A DNA stretch of 41,399 nucleotides from a virus: positions 1-41,399 of IMG/VR virus record IMGVR_UViG_3300032007_000176; one strand, written 5' to 3'. Every line of letters begins with the position of its first letter. Within the stretch, counting starts at the first letter, position 1. The position numbers were made by a program, and so were the translations under genes. Below, one piece after another: positions 23,517 to 32,567 of the stretch. The notes under the pieces are model-generated. The model searched no databases. It had not been told where the DNA came from and saw only the letters and a program-made list of their open reading frames with translations.

Positions 23517-25688
23517 TTATCTTGCTGTTATTAGTTCTCCGCGCCCTGTCCTACGCAGGTAGTTGCTCAAGCCCATATATATCTGCTCTCCTGTGACGTA
23601 TGGTGTACCTCCGCCGCTCTGCTGACTGCCACCACCCTGCAAGATGGATGCTATCGTGTTGGCTTGCGCAACCGATAGGATGACTTCGCCACTGTTAACG
23701 TTGGCCGTCAGGTTATCACCGCTGAACGACCGCCCCGGCACGATGCCACCCTCTGCATAGCTTCCAGCCGTTGCCGACTTGATAGCGGCAATGCTGCTTA
23801 TCATGGTGGCGGCACCAGTGGCGGCAAACGCAACCCATCCCCAACCTGCATTGGCTGGATTCTTAGCGGCCATACTTGATGCCTGTGCGTAAGAGAGGGC
23901 GATGGTGGCGATTGCTTGCGCGATAATGCTCATAACCTTTGCAGCTGGGTCTTGGATGCTGCCAAGCGCAGACCCTACGGACTGAATAGCAGACGCGGCG
24001 GCACGCCAACTTTCCGTTGCATCTTCGCCAGCCTTGACCACGGTCTCGCCTTTGAATTTGTTCATCTTCTCTACGACGGCCGAGAGCTCTGCGTTGAGTT
24101 GCTGATATTGTTCGGGAGAGGCAGCGTCAGCCATAGCCTCTTTCAGTCGCGCAGCCTCTGCCTCCATTTCGCGCAACGGAGACAACGGCTTTTCGATGGC
24201 TGCGTAATAGTCTTCCCACTTCTTCAGGTCGCCTGGCTTTACGACGCCTTGCGGCACCTTGGTGCTAATAGGTCCGTAGAGCGAGGCATTCGGGTCGCCA
24301 CGATTGACTGCCTTCCAAAAGTCGCTCACTGGGTCGGACTGGCCTCCGTGCAAGGATGCGACGATTTCCTTCTGACGTGCGAGCTCTTGGTCGAGCAGAT
24401 GAATAGTAGCACGTATTTCATTCTGTCGCTTTGCGGTTGCTGTCAAGGCCTCACGCTCCAGCGCCGCAATCTGCTGCTGTATGGTGACTTCTTTCGAACC
24501 GCCACCACTGCCGCCAGTGCCGCCACCGGCACCACCTTGTCTGCCGTTCAGCACACGAACAAGTTGGCGGTCCACCTGTGCAATTTCGTTGCCTGTGCGC
24601 TCTGCCTGTGCACCAAGAGCCTGAAGAGACTGAAGTTCTGTATCGTTCAGGTTGCGCAGGGCCTCACCGAGTTTTTCTCGACGAGTCACAGCAACGGGAA
24701 CTTGTGTAATGCTTGGAGCCATTCCAGGGCCGAGGAATGTGGACTCTAAGCGCGTTCCGCTCGGCTGCACCTTTTTCAGTTCTGTATAGTTCCCGTAAGA
24801 TCCGCTCATTGCATCGAGCAGGTCTTGATAGTTGATGCCCCTCTCCGTTGCTATTTTCCTTACGGCCGTCAAATAGGCTTCTTTTTCTAATTTGCGGCGT
24901 TTTTCAAGTTCTTTTTTGTATGCGTCACCTGCTGCGCGTACAGACTCCTTTGAACCATTTCCCTCGCGGTAGTCCACGATGGCCTCAGTCATACCAGTGC
25001 GAGTCTTTTCGACGTTCACCTGATTGAAGGCGTTGAACGTATTCAGCTCGTCGAGGGCGTTATAAGCATTGCGCGCAGCTTGTACTATGTTTCCGATATT
25101 TGTCAGATAGCCGCTGATGTCGCCTGTATTGAGTGCATTCAGGAAACCTCTGTAAAGGCTTTCTGAAGAATCGACTATACGTCCCCACTCGTCGAGGTTC
25201 TGTTCACTGGCAAAGAATGCGTCCTTTGCAACGTTCAGTGCACCTTTCACTGCCGAAAGACCAACGTTGAACAACTTCATCGCGTCGATATTGACGACAA
25301 ACTTGTCAGCTAATTGTGAGAGCACTCCGCCGGTAGAGTTCAGTTCATTCTTTGTCTGCGTGATGCGTCCCTGCAACTGCTGGAGGCTTTCGGCCATTGC
25401 CTTTCCGAAGTCGCCTTTCTTTTGTTCTTCGGTCAGCGCATTGTAGGCGTTGGCCACATCGTTGTATGCCTTAACGAGCACCTTCAGGCTCTGTGCGGCG
25501 TTGTCGGTGCCGGTCGAGAGCTGGCCAAGTGCACGGGCGGATTCCACGCTGTTGTCGGCAAACTTGTTGAAGTCGTTGCCGGCCAGTTGTAGGTGCTTGG
25601 TGAGGTCGGTCAGTCGGCGCGACTCATCGCGCAGCTTGCTGTCGAATTGTGTGGTTTCGAGCTTAAATCTTGTAATTACGTCTGCCAT
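23517..25688 (-). CDS. Tape measure protein
   Basis: 723 aa. Long helical regions, a Gly-rich GGAGGGTGGSGGGS linker and a hydrophobic block (NAGWGWVAFAATGAATMISSIAAI) are followed by YAEGGIVPG...GDNLTANVNSGEVIL. Confidence 0.85.
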   Translation of the reverse strand: MADVITRFKLETTQFDSKLRDESRRLTDLTKHLQLAGNDFNKFADNSVESARALGQLSTGTDNAAQSLKVLVKAYNDVANAYNALTEEQKKGDFGKAMAESLQQLQGRITQTKNELNSTGGVLSQLADKFVVNIDAMKLFNVGLSAVKGALNVAKDAFFASEQNLDEWGRIVDSSESLYRGFLNALNTGDISGYLTNIGNIVQAARNAYNALDELNTFNAFNQVNVEKTRTGMTEAIVDYREGNGSKESVRAAGDAYKKELEKRRKLEKEAYLTAVRKIATERGINYQDLLDAMSGSYGNYTELKKVQPSGTRLESTFLGPGMAPSITQVPVAVTRREKLGEALRNLNDTELQSLQALGAQAERTGNEIAQVDRQLVRVLNGRQGGAGGGTGGSGGGSKEVTIQQQIAALEREALTATAKRQNEIRATIHLLDQELARQKEIVASLHGGQSDPVSDFWKAVNRGDPNASLYGPISTKVPQGVVKPGDLKKWEDYYAAIEKPLSPLREMEAEAARLKEAMADAASPEQYQQLNAELSAVVEKMNKFKGETVVKAGEDATESWRAAASAIQSVGSALGSIQDPAAKVMSIIAQAIATIALSYAQASSMAAKNPANAGWGWVAFAATGAATMISSIAAIKSATAGSYAEGGIVPGRSFSGDNLTANVNSGEVILSVAQANTIASILQGGGSQQSGGGTPYVTGEQIYMGLSNYLRRTGRGELITAR

Positions 25689-25692
25689 ATTG

Positions 25693-26328
25693 TCAGAACA
25701 TTATGCCTTGAATTATTTCGTCGATTTTCTGATCTATCTGTCGGGATGCTATTTCCATTTCCTGCTGGCTGCGTTGCCCGAACCAGTTGCGCGGTGCGAT
25801 GGCTCCGCGATACCCTGTATTGATGGTCTTGCCGTACTTGTTCACGTCACCGCCTTGGCTGCCACGATGCACGTCCTCGCGGCTCGGGTCTGCCTTGAAG
25901 CGGATGTGGCGCTCTTTCGTGCCTGCATTCAGGAAGCGAAGGATGAATCCGCGGTCTTTTCCGCTGTAGCTCATCAGGTCGATGGTACGCATAGAGCGCG
26001 GACGGCGGTTGCCACCTCGTCCATTGCTTCCCTTGCGCTTCGGTTCCACGAGTGTCATGGCACCGGCACGCCGAGACTGCAATATGTTTACCTGTCCTCC
26101 GAAGATGCGGCGATACACAGCGTAGCGCACGGCCTTGTACGCATTGCGCAGGTCTGTCTTCATGTCGAGGCCGCTGCGTGCATCGTCCTGCAACACCTTA
26201 CGGAGGGCCGCCATCGTCTGACGGATGACCTGCCGGATGCGCTGCTGCATGAGTGGGTTCTTGGTGGAGAGCTTACCAAGCTGCGCGATGCGCTCGTCGA
26301 GTCCCTGTATTTCGATTGTGCTTGCCAT
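25693..26328 (-). CDS. HK97 gp10-like tail completion protein
   Basis: 211 aa. The RFLNAGTKER segment resembles the leyGT motif of the gp10 family. Confidence 0.5.
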   Translation of the reverse strand: MASTIEIQGLDERIAQLGKLSTKNPLMQQRIRQVIRQTMAALRKVLQDDARSGLDMKTDLRNAYKAVRYAVYRRIFGGQVNILQSRRAGAMTLVEPKRKGSNGRGGNRRPRSMRTIDLMSYSGKDRGFILRFLNAGTKERHIRFKADPSREDVHRGSQGGDVNKYGKTINTGYRGAIAPRNWFGQRSQQEMEIASRQIDQKIDEIIQGIMF

Positions 26329-26363
26329 ACACCAAGCCGCCGCAAGTGAGTGTGAGGCTTACT

Positions 26364-26395
26364 CTTGCACATATCGCCGAAAAGCCGTAACTTTG
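26364..26395 (+). promoter_or_regulatory. Bacteroidota-type promoter of the lipoprotein moron
   Basis: The -7 box TAACTTTG (26388-26395) matches TAnnTTTG exactly. A -33-like CTTG lies at 26364-26367 with a 20-nt spacer. The ATG follows 27 nt after the box. Confidence 0.6.
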
Positions 26396-26421
26396 CGGCT
26401 CACAAACACAAAAAAAACGTT

Positions 26422-27288
26422 ATGAAAAAACTCATCTTGGCAGTGGCGGCCTGCCTTTCTCTTGCCGCATGCACGCAGAATGAGCTCGGCAGCGAGCCGC
26501 AGCAAATCAAAACAAAGAAGTTCACGTTCACGCTGAAGGGCGACTTCTCCGACCAGTGGAAACCCGTCACACGCGGCTACCTATCGGCCGACGGCAAGGA
26601 CCTCACCGACGTGTGGGTGCTCGACTATGACGCGGACGGGAACCTCTTGCAACAGCTACACCAGGCAGACGCGACGGCTGACGACTTCGGCCGGCCGGTG
26701 ATGCAACTTGCCTACGGTCAGCACCGTGTCTATTTCGTGGCCTCGCGCGGTCTTTCGCCAGTGCTCGACACCTCAGCAAAGACACTGACATTCGGCTCCG
26801 TGCGCGACACGTTTTGGAAGCGTTACGACGTGACGGTGGTGGCAACCTCCAACGGCAACCGCGCCGTGACGCTCGACCGCCTTGTCACGAAGCTACGCCT
26901 GACGTTCACTGACGAGATACCAGCTGAGGCAGCCACTATCCTGCTGACGCCCGCGACGTGGTACTACGGCCTCGACTACACGACCGGGCAACCCGTGAGC
27001 GAGACGGCGAACCGCACGACGGAAATCAGCATCCCAGATGCGAACAAGGGACAGACGGGCGCGCAGGCCAGCATCTTCGGCTTCTCCACCGCCGACGAGT
27101 GGACCACCGACGTAGCGATCAGCAGCAAAACGGCCAGCGGCGAAGTGCTCGGCTCTACCACCCTCTCGGCAGTTCCTTTCAAGTCCAACCGCGTCACCGA
27201 CTTCTCCGGCCCACTTTTTAGTGCTGGCGGTAGCATGTCGCTATCGCTGAATGGTGAATGGGAGGATAGTTACCATGGATCATGGTAG
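26422..27288 (+). CDS. Lipoprotein, Mfa2/FimB-like fimbrillin family (moron)
   Basis: Trimmed to MKKLILAVAACLSLAAC, a signal peptide with a lipobox Cys. DLTDVWVLDYD, RDTFWKRYD and LDRLVTKLRLTF resemble Bacteroidales fimbrial anchor subunits. The gene is on the opposite strand to all its neighbours. Confidence 0.65.
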   Translation: MKKLILAVAACLSLAACTQNELGSEPQQIKTKKFTFTLKGDFSDQWKPVTRGYLSADGKDLTDVWVLDYDADGNLLQQLHQADATADDFGRPVMQLAYGQHRVYFVASRGLSPVLDTSAKTLTFGSVRDTFWKRYDVTVVATSNGNRAVTLDRLVTKLRLTFTDEIPAEAATILLTPATWYYGLDYTTGQPVSETANRTTEISIPDANKGQTGAQASIFGFSTADEWTTDVAISSKTASGEVLGSTTLSAVPFKSNRVTDFSGPLFSAGGSMSLSLNGEWEDSYHGSW

Positions 27289-27289
27289 A

Positions 27290-27330
27290 AAAAATAAGGA
27301 GCCTCACGAACGGGGCTCCTTATTTTTATT
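27290..27330. terminator. Bidirectional intrinsic terminator between convergent genes
   Basis: AAGGAGCC (27296-27303) pairs with GGCTCCTT (27314-27321). ATTTTTATT lies on the plus side and an A-run (a T-run on the minus strand) on the other side. Confidence 0.7.
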
Positions 27331-27583
27331 CTCCACCTTCAGGTATAGGAGGCTCTTCCGGCTCCGGCTCGATAGCCCTCAGTCGCTCAATTTCTGCGTT
27401 GGCCGCATTGATGTCGTCGCGCCACTGCTGACGCTCGGCTATCTTGTCGGCATATTCCGTCTTGGTGGCCTTACCTTCCGCAATCTTGGCGGCGATATAA
27501 TCGGTGGATGACAGTTTGCCCTCGCGGTCGAGGATGATACTCTCCTGGGCGTTGATAGCCTCGTTGATTTCTGCTTGTTTCAT
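27326..27583 (-). CDS. Hypothetical coiled-coil protein
   Basis: 85-aa ORF that overlaps the RT stop by 4 nt. Confidence 0.5.
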   Translation of the reverse strand: MKQAEINEAINAQESIILDREGKLSSTDYIAAKIAEGKATKTEYADKIAERQQWRDDINAANAEIERLRAIEPEPEEPPIPEGGE

Positions 27584-28815
27584 ATTCGCTTCAATTTTAG
27601 TTTGTACTTCTTACATAATCTCTGGCGAAATGTGTGCTGGGGTTTACTGACGACGCATTGACGGCGGGTGTCCCAGTCCAACCACTGCCACCAATCATCA
27701 GCGATAGTGTCTTTCAGTTGCATGATACGCTTGTATGATGTGCGGTTCTTCAGTAGTCCTGTGTATGAGTTTACGGTCGAAATAAAACGGTCGAGTTCTC
27801 TGTATTTCTCGACCGTTGTCAGTTGGTTGTATTCTTTTATTCTCGCCAAACATCGTGCCCACGTTACATCATTCAATATCACGCTCCAGGGATGGATGTG
27901 CGAGCCGAGAAATTCCAGTCCCTTCCAGTGTTGCTGACAATAGAATTTCTTATCATTCATCCTTACGCCTTTTACAGCCAGTCTTCTGCGCAGTTCAGGC
28001 AACAGACTGAGTGCATAAGGCTTCAATCTATCGGGTACCACCATCACGCCATCGTCCATGAATACCGTGGTACGGATACCGCAATCTTCGTTGAGCCAAA
28101 TAACTTCGTCATTAATGTATAGACCCATGCCTGTTTGCGATGACATACGACCAATCGGCACACCTACGCCATCGGGTTTGTTCAGAATAGACTTTTCGGG
28201 TTTGATATGCGCATCCCAAAGATACTTGGGTGTGCGCCTCTCATAGTGCTTTGCAGGGTAACAATGAATTGCTATCATTGCCAGCCATTTCAGGAACGCC
28301 GGCATGAATACTCCATATTTTTCGGCTATCTCATCATGGAAGCGGTCTATCACGCGAATGAAGCACGACTCCATATAGTCGCAGTCGGCATTCGGGAAGA
28401 ATCCCGCCAAGTCCCACTTGATAATCCATGTCGTTTCGGTGTAGCCGTTGCTCACCTCGCAGATGTCTTCTATCACCTGGTTAATAGCTGCCTGCGAACC
28501 CATACCCTCGCGGTTGTTGAAGGTGCGCGGGTGTAGCGTCTGTTCTATCCACGGCTTCAGAATGTCACAAAGGATATGGTCAATCATACGACCGGCGAAC
28601 TCAGTGGCGAATATCTCGCGCCACTTAGGAATGGAAACGAGGAAGGTGTAGTTGTGGAGTATGCGGAACGTCCTTGCATTGAGCTCGCGCATCAAGCGAA
28701 CAAGTAGTGGTGGCCAGTTCATCTCAAAGGCCATCGAATCACGCCCGTAACGCTTGTTTTTCCGCGTGGAAAACATCACGCTGAGCAACAGCGCGAAGAA
28801 CAAAACCTCAGTCAT
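27580..28815 (-). CDS. DGR reverse transcriptase
   Basis: IPKWREIFATEFAGRMIDHIL, the PIGRMSSQ (IGxxxSQ) motif typical of DGR RTs, and an FMDD catalytic box. The gene starts 23 nt after the TR. The exact start Met is uncertain. Confidence 0.9.
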   Translation of the reverse strand: MTEVLFFALLLSVMFSTRKNKRYGRDSMAFEMNWPPLLVRLMRELNARTFRILHNYTFLVSIPKWREIFATEFAGRMIDHILCDILKPWIEQTLHPRTFNNREGMGSQAAINQVIEDICEVSNGYTETTWIIKWDLAGFFPNADCDYMESCFIRVIDRFHDEIAEKYGVFMPAFLKWLAMIAIHCYPAKHYERRTPKYLWDAHIKPEKSILNKPDGVGVPIGRMSSQTGMGLYINDEVIWLNEDCGIRTTVFMDDGVMVVPDRLKPYALSLLPELRRRLAVKGVRMNDKKFYCQQHWKGLEFLGSHIHPWSVILNDVTWARCLARIKEYNQLTTVEKYRELDRFISTVNSYTGLLKNRTSYKRIMQLKDTIADDWWQWLDWDTRRQCVVSKPQHTFRQRLCKKYKLKLKRI

Positions 28816-28837
28816 AAAAGTAAAAGCTAAATATCGA

Positions 28838-28964
28838 TAAAATCGCGACCGCCTGACAACGATTCGTGTTGTTGATGTTGTTGTTGTTGAGATTGCCGTT
28901 GTTGCCGTTGAAATTCCACGCGTTGTTGACGTTGTACCTCTGAGCGAACCAACGGTTCGTGCTG
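28838..28964 (-). repeat. DGR template repeat (TR)
   Basis: It aligns without gaps to 29545-29671 over 127 bp. All 27 differences fall at TR adenines on the coding strand. In the VR frame it encodes about 16 AAY codons. Confidence 0.9.
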
Positions 28965-29046
28965 GTCGGAGTCACATCTGATGCTGCTATACATGATAGC
29001 CGGGCTCCCTTTTACCTTATTCATATCTGACAGCCACCTCTTGTCA

Positions 29047-29460
29047 TTACTGACCGACCTGCGGCTGATCCTGACGTTTAAGCGACCGGCTCGCATTTCT
29101 CCATTTCCTTACACCTTCCTCGACACGTTCCAACTGCACGGCGATACGCAGTTTATCGCTATCAGTCAGCAGTCCCTGCGCGATACACAATTCAAAGTTA
29201 GCTAACAATATACCGAACTCACCTATCATCTCACGGATGTGTTCCTGCCTCGCCTCCTGGCATTCCTTGGCGATAGAGAAATGTCGGATGATATTCTGTA
29301 CCGCCCGCTTCATCTCTACCGGTGCGCCTTCGATGCGTTCTATCTTCGGCATCCGTTGGATGGCGGGATGTAATATATAAAGCAAGTTCTTTGCGTCAGC
29401 GAGAATGGAGTCCTTGTCATTCTTCGCCTTGTTGCCGCGCGGTTTCTTGTGTTCATTCAT
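29047..29460 (-). CDS. avd: Avd-like DGR accessory protein
   Basis: Trimmed to MNEHKKPRGNK. 137 aa, basic and predicted helical. It sits between the target gene and the TR. Confidence 0.7.
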   Translation of the reverse strand: MNEHKKPRGNKAKNDKDSILADAKNLLYILHPAIQRMPKIERIEGAPVEMKRAVQNIIRHFSIAKECQEARQEHIREMIGEFGILLANFELCIAQGLLTDSDKLRIAVQLERVEEGVRKWRNASRSLKRQDQPQVGQ

Positions 29461-29491
29461 TGTTCTAAAGAAGGATAGATTGATAGTAAGC

Positions 29492-29520
29492 CTCACGCCA
29501 CGCTGTCGCGATGGCGTGAG
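29492..29520 (-). promoter_or_regulatory. Hairpin/cruciform immediately 3' of the VR
   Basis: A perfect 9-bp inverted repeat (CTCACGCCA with TGGCGTGAG) and an 11-nt loop. It starts 13 nt after the target stop codon. No U-tract follows and there is no counterpart after the TR. Confidence 0.55.
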
Positions 29521-29532
29521 AGCATTTAGTTT

Positions 29533-30852
29533 CTAATCAATTTCTAAAAGCGCGACCGCCCGACAACGAAACGTGCCGGAGATGTAGCTGGTGCTGAGAG
29601 AGCCGTAGGAGCCGCGGAAAAACCACGCGGCGTAGACGGTGGACCTCTGAGCGAACCAACGGTACGTGCTGTTGTTCACTGCGGTAGTTCCCATCTTACT
29701 GATACTTGGCGCAAGGGCAGTGAGGGTTTCATCCTTCATCAGCATGGTGCCCTCGGCGACGCCTGGCAGATACCAGTCACCAAAGTCGAGACCATCCACA
29801 CCGAACGACTTGGTGTAGCCGTAATAGAGTGCTGGGTACTTGTACTTCGTGCCGCCTGCCTTAGTGGGAGCCGTCATGCGGGCATATTTCTCAGCCATAG
29901 CCTTGCCGCTGGGCAGTGAGAAGCATCCATACTTCTGAGGATATACCACCATGTAACACTTCTCCAGATATTCCTCGTAGGTGGCATAAGCAGCACGCAG
30001 GTTGGCGCAGAACTCGCTTGTCTCGAACTCTGACGGCTTCACGGGCACATCATTACCGGCACGTGGACCTACGGGTTCTTGCGCTGTTGGCACACGACCG
30101 CTACCTGTAGCCCATGCCTTGGTTCTGGCGATGTTCATCACACCCCAGTAGTTGGTGTAGCAGCCTCGCTCGCCGCGCCAGTACGTCGAATTTTCTGGCA
30201 TGTCACCCCATGTGATATGAGCGATAGTGCAACCTGTTGCGCTGACAATATAGAAGCGATAGTCAACACACTGATCACACTGGATGATAATCTGAGTACC
30301 GTCACTCTCCACTTTGTTTCCGTTGGCATCAGCCAGATATGCCCACCATGCCTTTATGTCGCCTACCTGCGTGGCCTTCGCAGCAACAGCGGCTGAAATT
30401 TCAGCAGCGCTTGTGGCGTTGATGGCAGCTGACGTCAGTGTTACATCTACGGTGGTATCTACGGCATAGTCAGGAGACATACGCAACTTAATAGCCAGTG
30501 TGGTGCTGCTGATAGCAGTAATGGCATACTGACAAACGTCGAGCCACTTCTGGTCGGCACCATCCTTGTGGATAATACCCACCTGTCGACCCTTACGGAA
30601 ATAGACATAACCGACGTGCGTCCATGCAGCGGGGATGTTTGCCTTCTGAATCCACACACCACCCTTCACGTAGATGATCTTGTTCTGGTCGTCAAGGAAC
30701 ACCACATCGCCAACGGTAGGCTGTGTGGTAACGACATTCACACCGTCCACGATGATTTCGCGGGTTGTCTCAATCATGCTCACCTGACTCTCGGTGATGG
30801 GCTTCACGGCTGCATCGTAGTCAGCCTTGCTGTTGTATGATTTGATAGCCAT
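29533..30852 (-). CDS. DGR target protein, putative receptor-binding tail protein
   Basis: 439 aa. The C-terminal ~42 codons are the VR (...STYRWFAQRSTVYAAWFFRGSYGSLSTSYISGTFRCRAVALLEID). The gene directly follows two fibre-like genes. Confidence 0.85.
   Translation of the reverse strand: MAIKSYNSKADYDAAVKPITESQVSMIETTREIIVDGVNVVTTQPTVGDVVFLDDQNKIIYVKGGVWIQKANIPAAWTHVGYVYFRKGRQVGIIHKDGADQKWLDVCQYAITAISSTTLAIKLRMSPDYAVDTTVDVTLTSAAINATSAAEISAAVAAKATQVGDIKAWWAYLADANGNKVESDGTQIIIQCDQCVDYRFYIVSATGCTIAHITWGDMPENSTYWRGERGCYTNYWGVMNIARTKAWATGSGRVPTAQEPVGPRAGNDVPVKPSEFETSEFCANLRAAYATYEEYLEKCYMVVYPQKYGCFSLPSGKAMAEKYARMTAPTKAGGTKYKYPALYYGYTKSFGVDGLDFGDWYLPGVAEGTMLMKDETLTALAPSISKMGTTAVNNSTYRWFAQRSTVYAAWFFRGSYGSLSTSYISGTFRCRAVALLEID
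29545..29671 (-). repeat. DGR variable repeat (VR)
   Basis: See the TR entry. The VR lies inside the 3' end of ORF 29533..30852. Confidence 0.9.
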
Positions 30853-30873
30853 AACTTTATCCTTTCTTTGTTA

Positions 30874-32547
30874 TTAATTCAACAATACCCAGTCACTGAC
30901 GGAATTTGTCACGCTGAATGCCTTGTAACACTTCTTGTTGGTTATATCCAGGTATTCCTGACCGACCATTGTGGGAACGTTTGGAGAGGCTGGCGCACCT
31001 TCACCGGTAAGGTGCATGTCCTGTCCGCACAGCTTCGGCTGTTCCTCGAAGTCGATACTTACAGCCTTGGTATTTCCGAGATTCTCCAGTTGTGCCTTCA
31101 GTCCGTCAATAGCAGCGAAGAGTACGGCGAAAGCCTGTGCCAACACCGACTGTCCTGGAGCACCGACGAAGTTGGTGGTGATATTCTTGAAGATACCCCA
31201 GCCGACTACCAATGCCGTACCTCCGCTGACAGTGGCAGTCAGTCCAGAAACGACTACCGTCATGGCTGTAGGACTCAGATAGATGTAGTAGCCTGTCGAT
31301 GGCATAGCACTCACAGCCTGACGTACCAGTGGCTCGTAGAACTGCTCACTCACCTCACGGGTGGCAGGTAGTGTGGTGTAGGTCTGTCCGGCTCTCGTCC
31401 ATCCTGTCAGCACGGGTGTGTCTCCACTCTCGTCATATACGGCGGTATAGACTAACGTCGAGTCGTAGTCAGCCGTAGCCGTTGCAGGCAGTTCAGGGTA
31501 GTCCTCGCGGTATGTGTAGATGTAGGCAATCACCTTCTGATAAGTGCGGTCCACCATTCGTGCCACCACGCTCACCGATGCCGGTACAGCCTGTGCACTC
31601 GGAATGAGCAGGATGTCGCCGGCGTTCAGTGTGATTGGTGCGCTGATGCCATAGCCGCTGGCAGATGTCTCGCCTCCGTCGGTGTTCACGTATTTATCAG
31701 CTTTCGCCTGCTGGAGCGTGATTTCACGCTCACCGTCGTACTTGCCGAACGATTTGTTGATGAATGCTACGAGGTCCTGAAGGTTGGTGATGTCAGCCAC
31801 CTTTGCGTCCACAATAGCGTCGCGCTGTTGCTCGTGCTCGTTGAAGGTGGTGTTACGTGCTGCCTCTGCCTGCTCGTAGGCTTCCTGACGTGCTGCCTGA
31901 CTCTGTACAAAGGTCTGCTGACGCTCCGCCTCCTTGGTCTCACGCTGCTGCTCCTGGTTGATGCGGGTTTGTTCGTTAGCGATGCGCTGCTGTTCAGCGG
32001 CATTGCGGTTGATTTCTGCTGATGCCCGTGCGTCTTCGGCATTTGTACGAAGCGTTTCAGCCAGTACACGAGCTTGCTCTGCTGTGACGCGGGCACTCTC
32101 GGCACTCACGCGACCTTGCTCAGCCGTAATACGCTGTTGCTCCTTGGTCTCGCGCTGACTTTCCTTCGTCACGCGCTGCTGCTCGGCACTGATGCGAGCC
32201 TGCTCTGCTTCGTTGCGCTGGTTCTCGGCTGCCATGCGCTCTGCCTCCTTCTGCTGGCGCAGTTCTTCGGCTGCCACACGCAAGGCTTCATCATTGGCAA
32301 TGGCATCGTTGAGGGCCTTGATGCGGTCGCTCTCGGCCTTAATAGATGAAAGGTCAATAATGCGGAACCACCATGCGCTGTCGCTGACGGGATGGCCTAC
32401 GTTGCCGCTCTTCAGCGAGCGATAGATGCTCAGGCCAGTAGCGTCTTGCACCACGTTGGCTAGTCCGTAGGCTGTGCTGGAAGAATAGACACCCTTCCAT
32501 GCTTCACCCACCTGGAACTTCAATTCTTGGATGTTTTCGTTTTCCAT
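30874..32547 (-). CDS. Tail fibre protein with a long repetitive coiled coil
   Basis: 557 aa. Degenerate repeats run AEQARISAEQQRVTKESQRETKEQQRITAEQGRVSAESARVTAEQARV. Confidence 0.65.
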   Translation of the reverse strand: MENENIQELKFQVGEAWKGVYSSSTAYGLANVVQDATGLSIYRSLKSGNVGHPVSDSAWWFRIIDLSSIKAESDRIKALNDAIANDEALRVAAEELRQQKEAERMAAENQRNEAEQARISAEQQRVTKESQRETKEQQRITAEQGRVSAESARVTAEQARVLAETLRTNAEDARASAEINRNAAEQQRIANEQTRINQEQQRETKEAERQQTFVQSQAARQEAYEQAEAARNTTFNEHEQQRDAIVDAKVADITNLQDLVAFINKSFGKYDGEREITLQQAKADKYVNTDGGETSASGYGISAPITLNAGDILLIPSAQAVPASVSVVARMVDRTYQKVIAYIYTYREDYPELPATATADYDSTLVYTAVYDESGDTPVLTGWTRAGQTYTTLPATREVSEQFYEPLVRQAVSAMPSTGYYIYLSPTAMTVVVSGLTATVSGGTALVVGWGIFKNITTNFVGAPGQSVLAQAFAVLFAAIDGLKAQLENLGNTKAVSIDFEEQPKLCGQDMHLTGEGAPASPNVPTMVGQEYLDITNKKCYKAFSVTNSVSDWVLLN

Positions 32548-32567
32548 ATCTTTTCGTTTTTATTGGT

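Larger units (their letters stand above)
27580..30852 (-). mobile_element. Diversity-generating retroelement cassette: target(VR) - avd - TR - RT
   Basis: See the component features. The order is the same as mtd-avd-TR-brt in Bordetella phage BPP-1. Confidence 0.9.

Noticed and set aside
28827-29096. 89-aa minus-strand track ORF rich in Q, N and R (...QRQQRVEFQRQQRQSQQQQHQQHE...).
   Set aside because: It is a translation of the DGR template repeat and the avd-TR spacer in a frame other than the VR frame. Its low-complexity composition comes from the AAC-rich TR. The region is better explained as non-coding DGR RNA.
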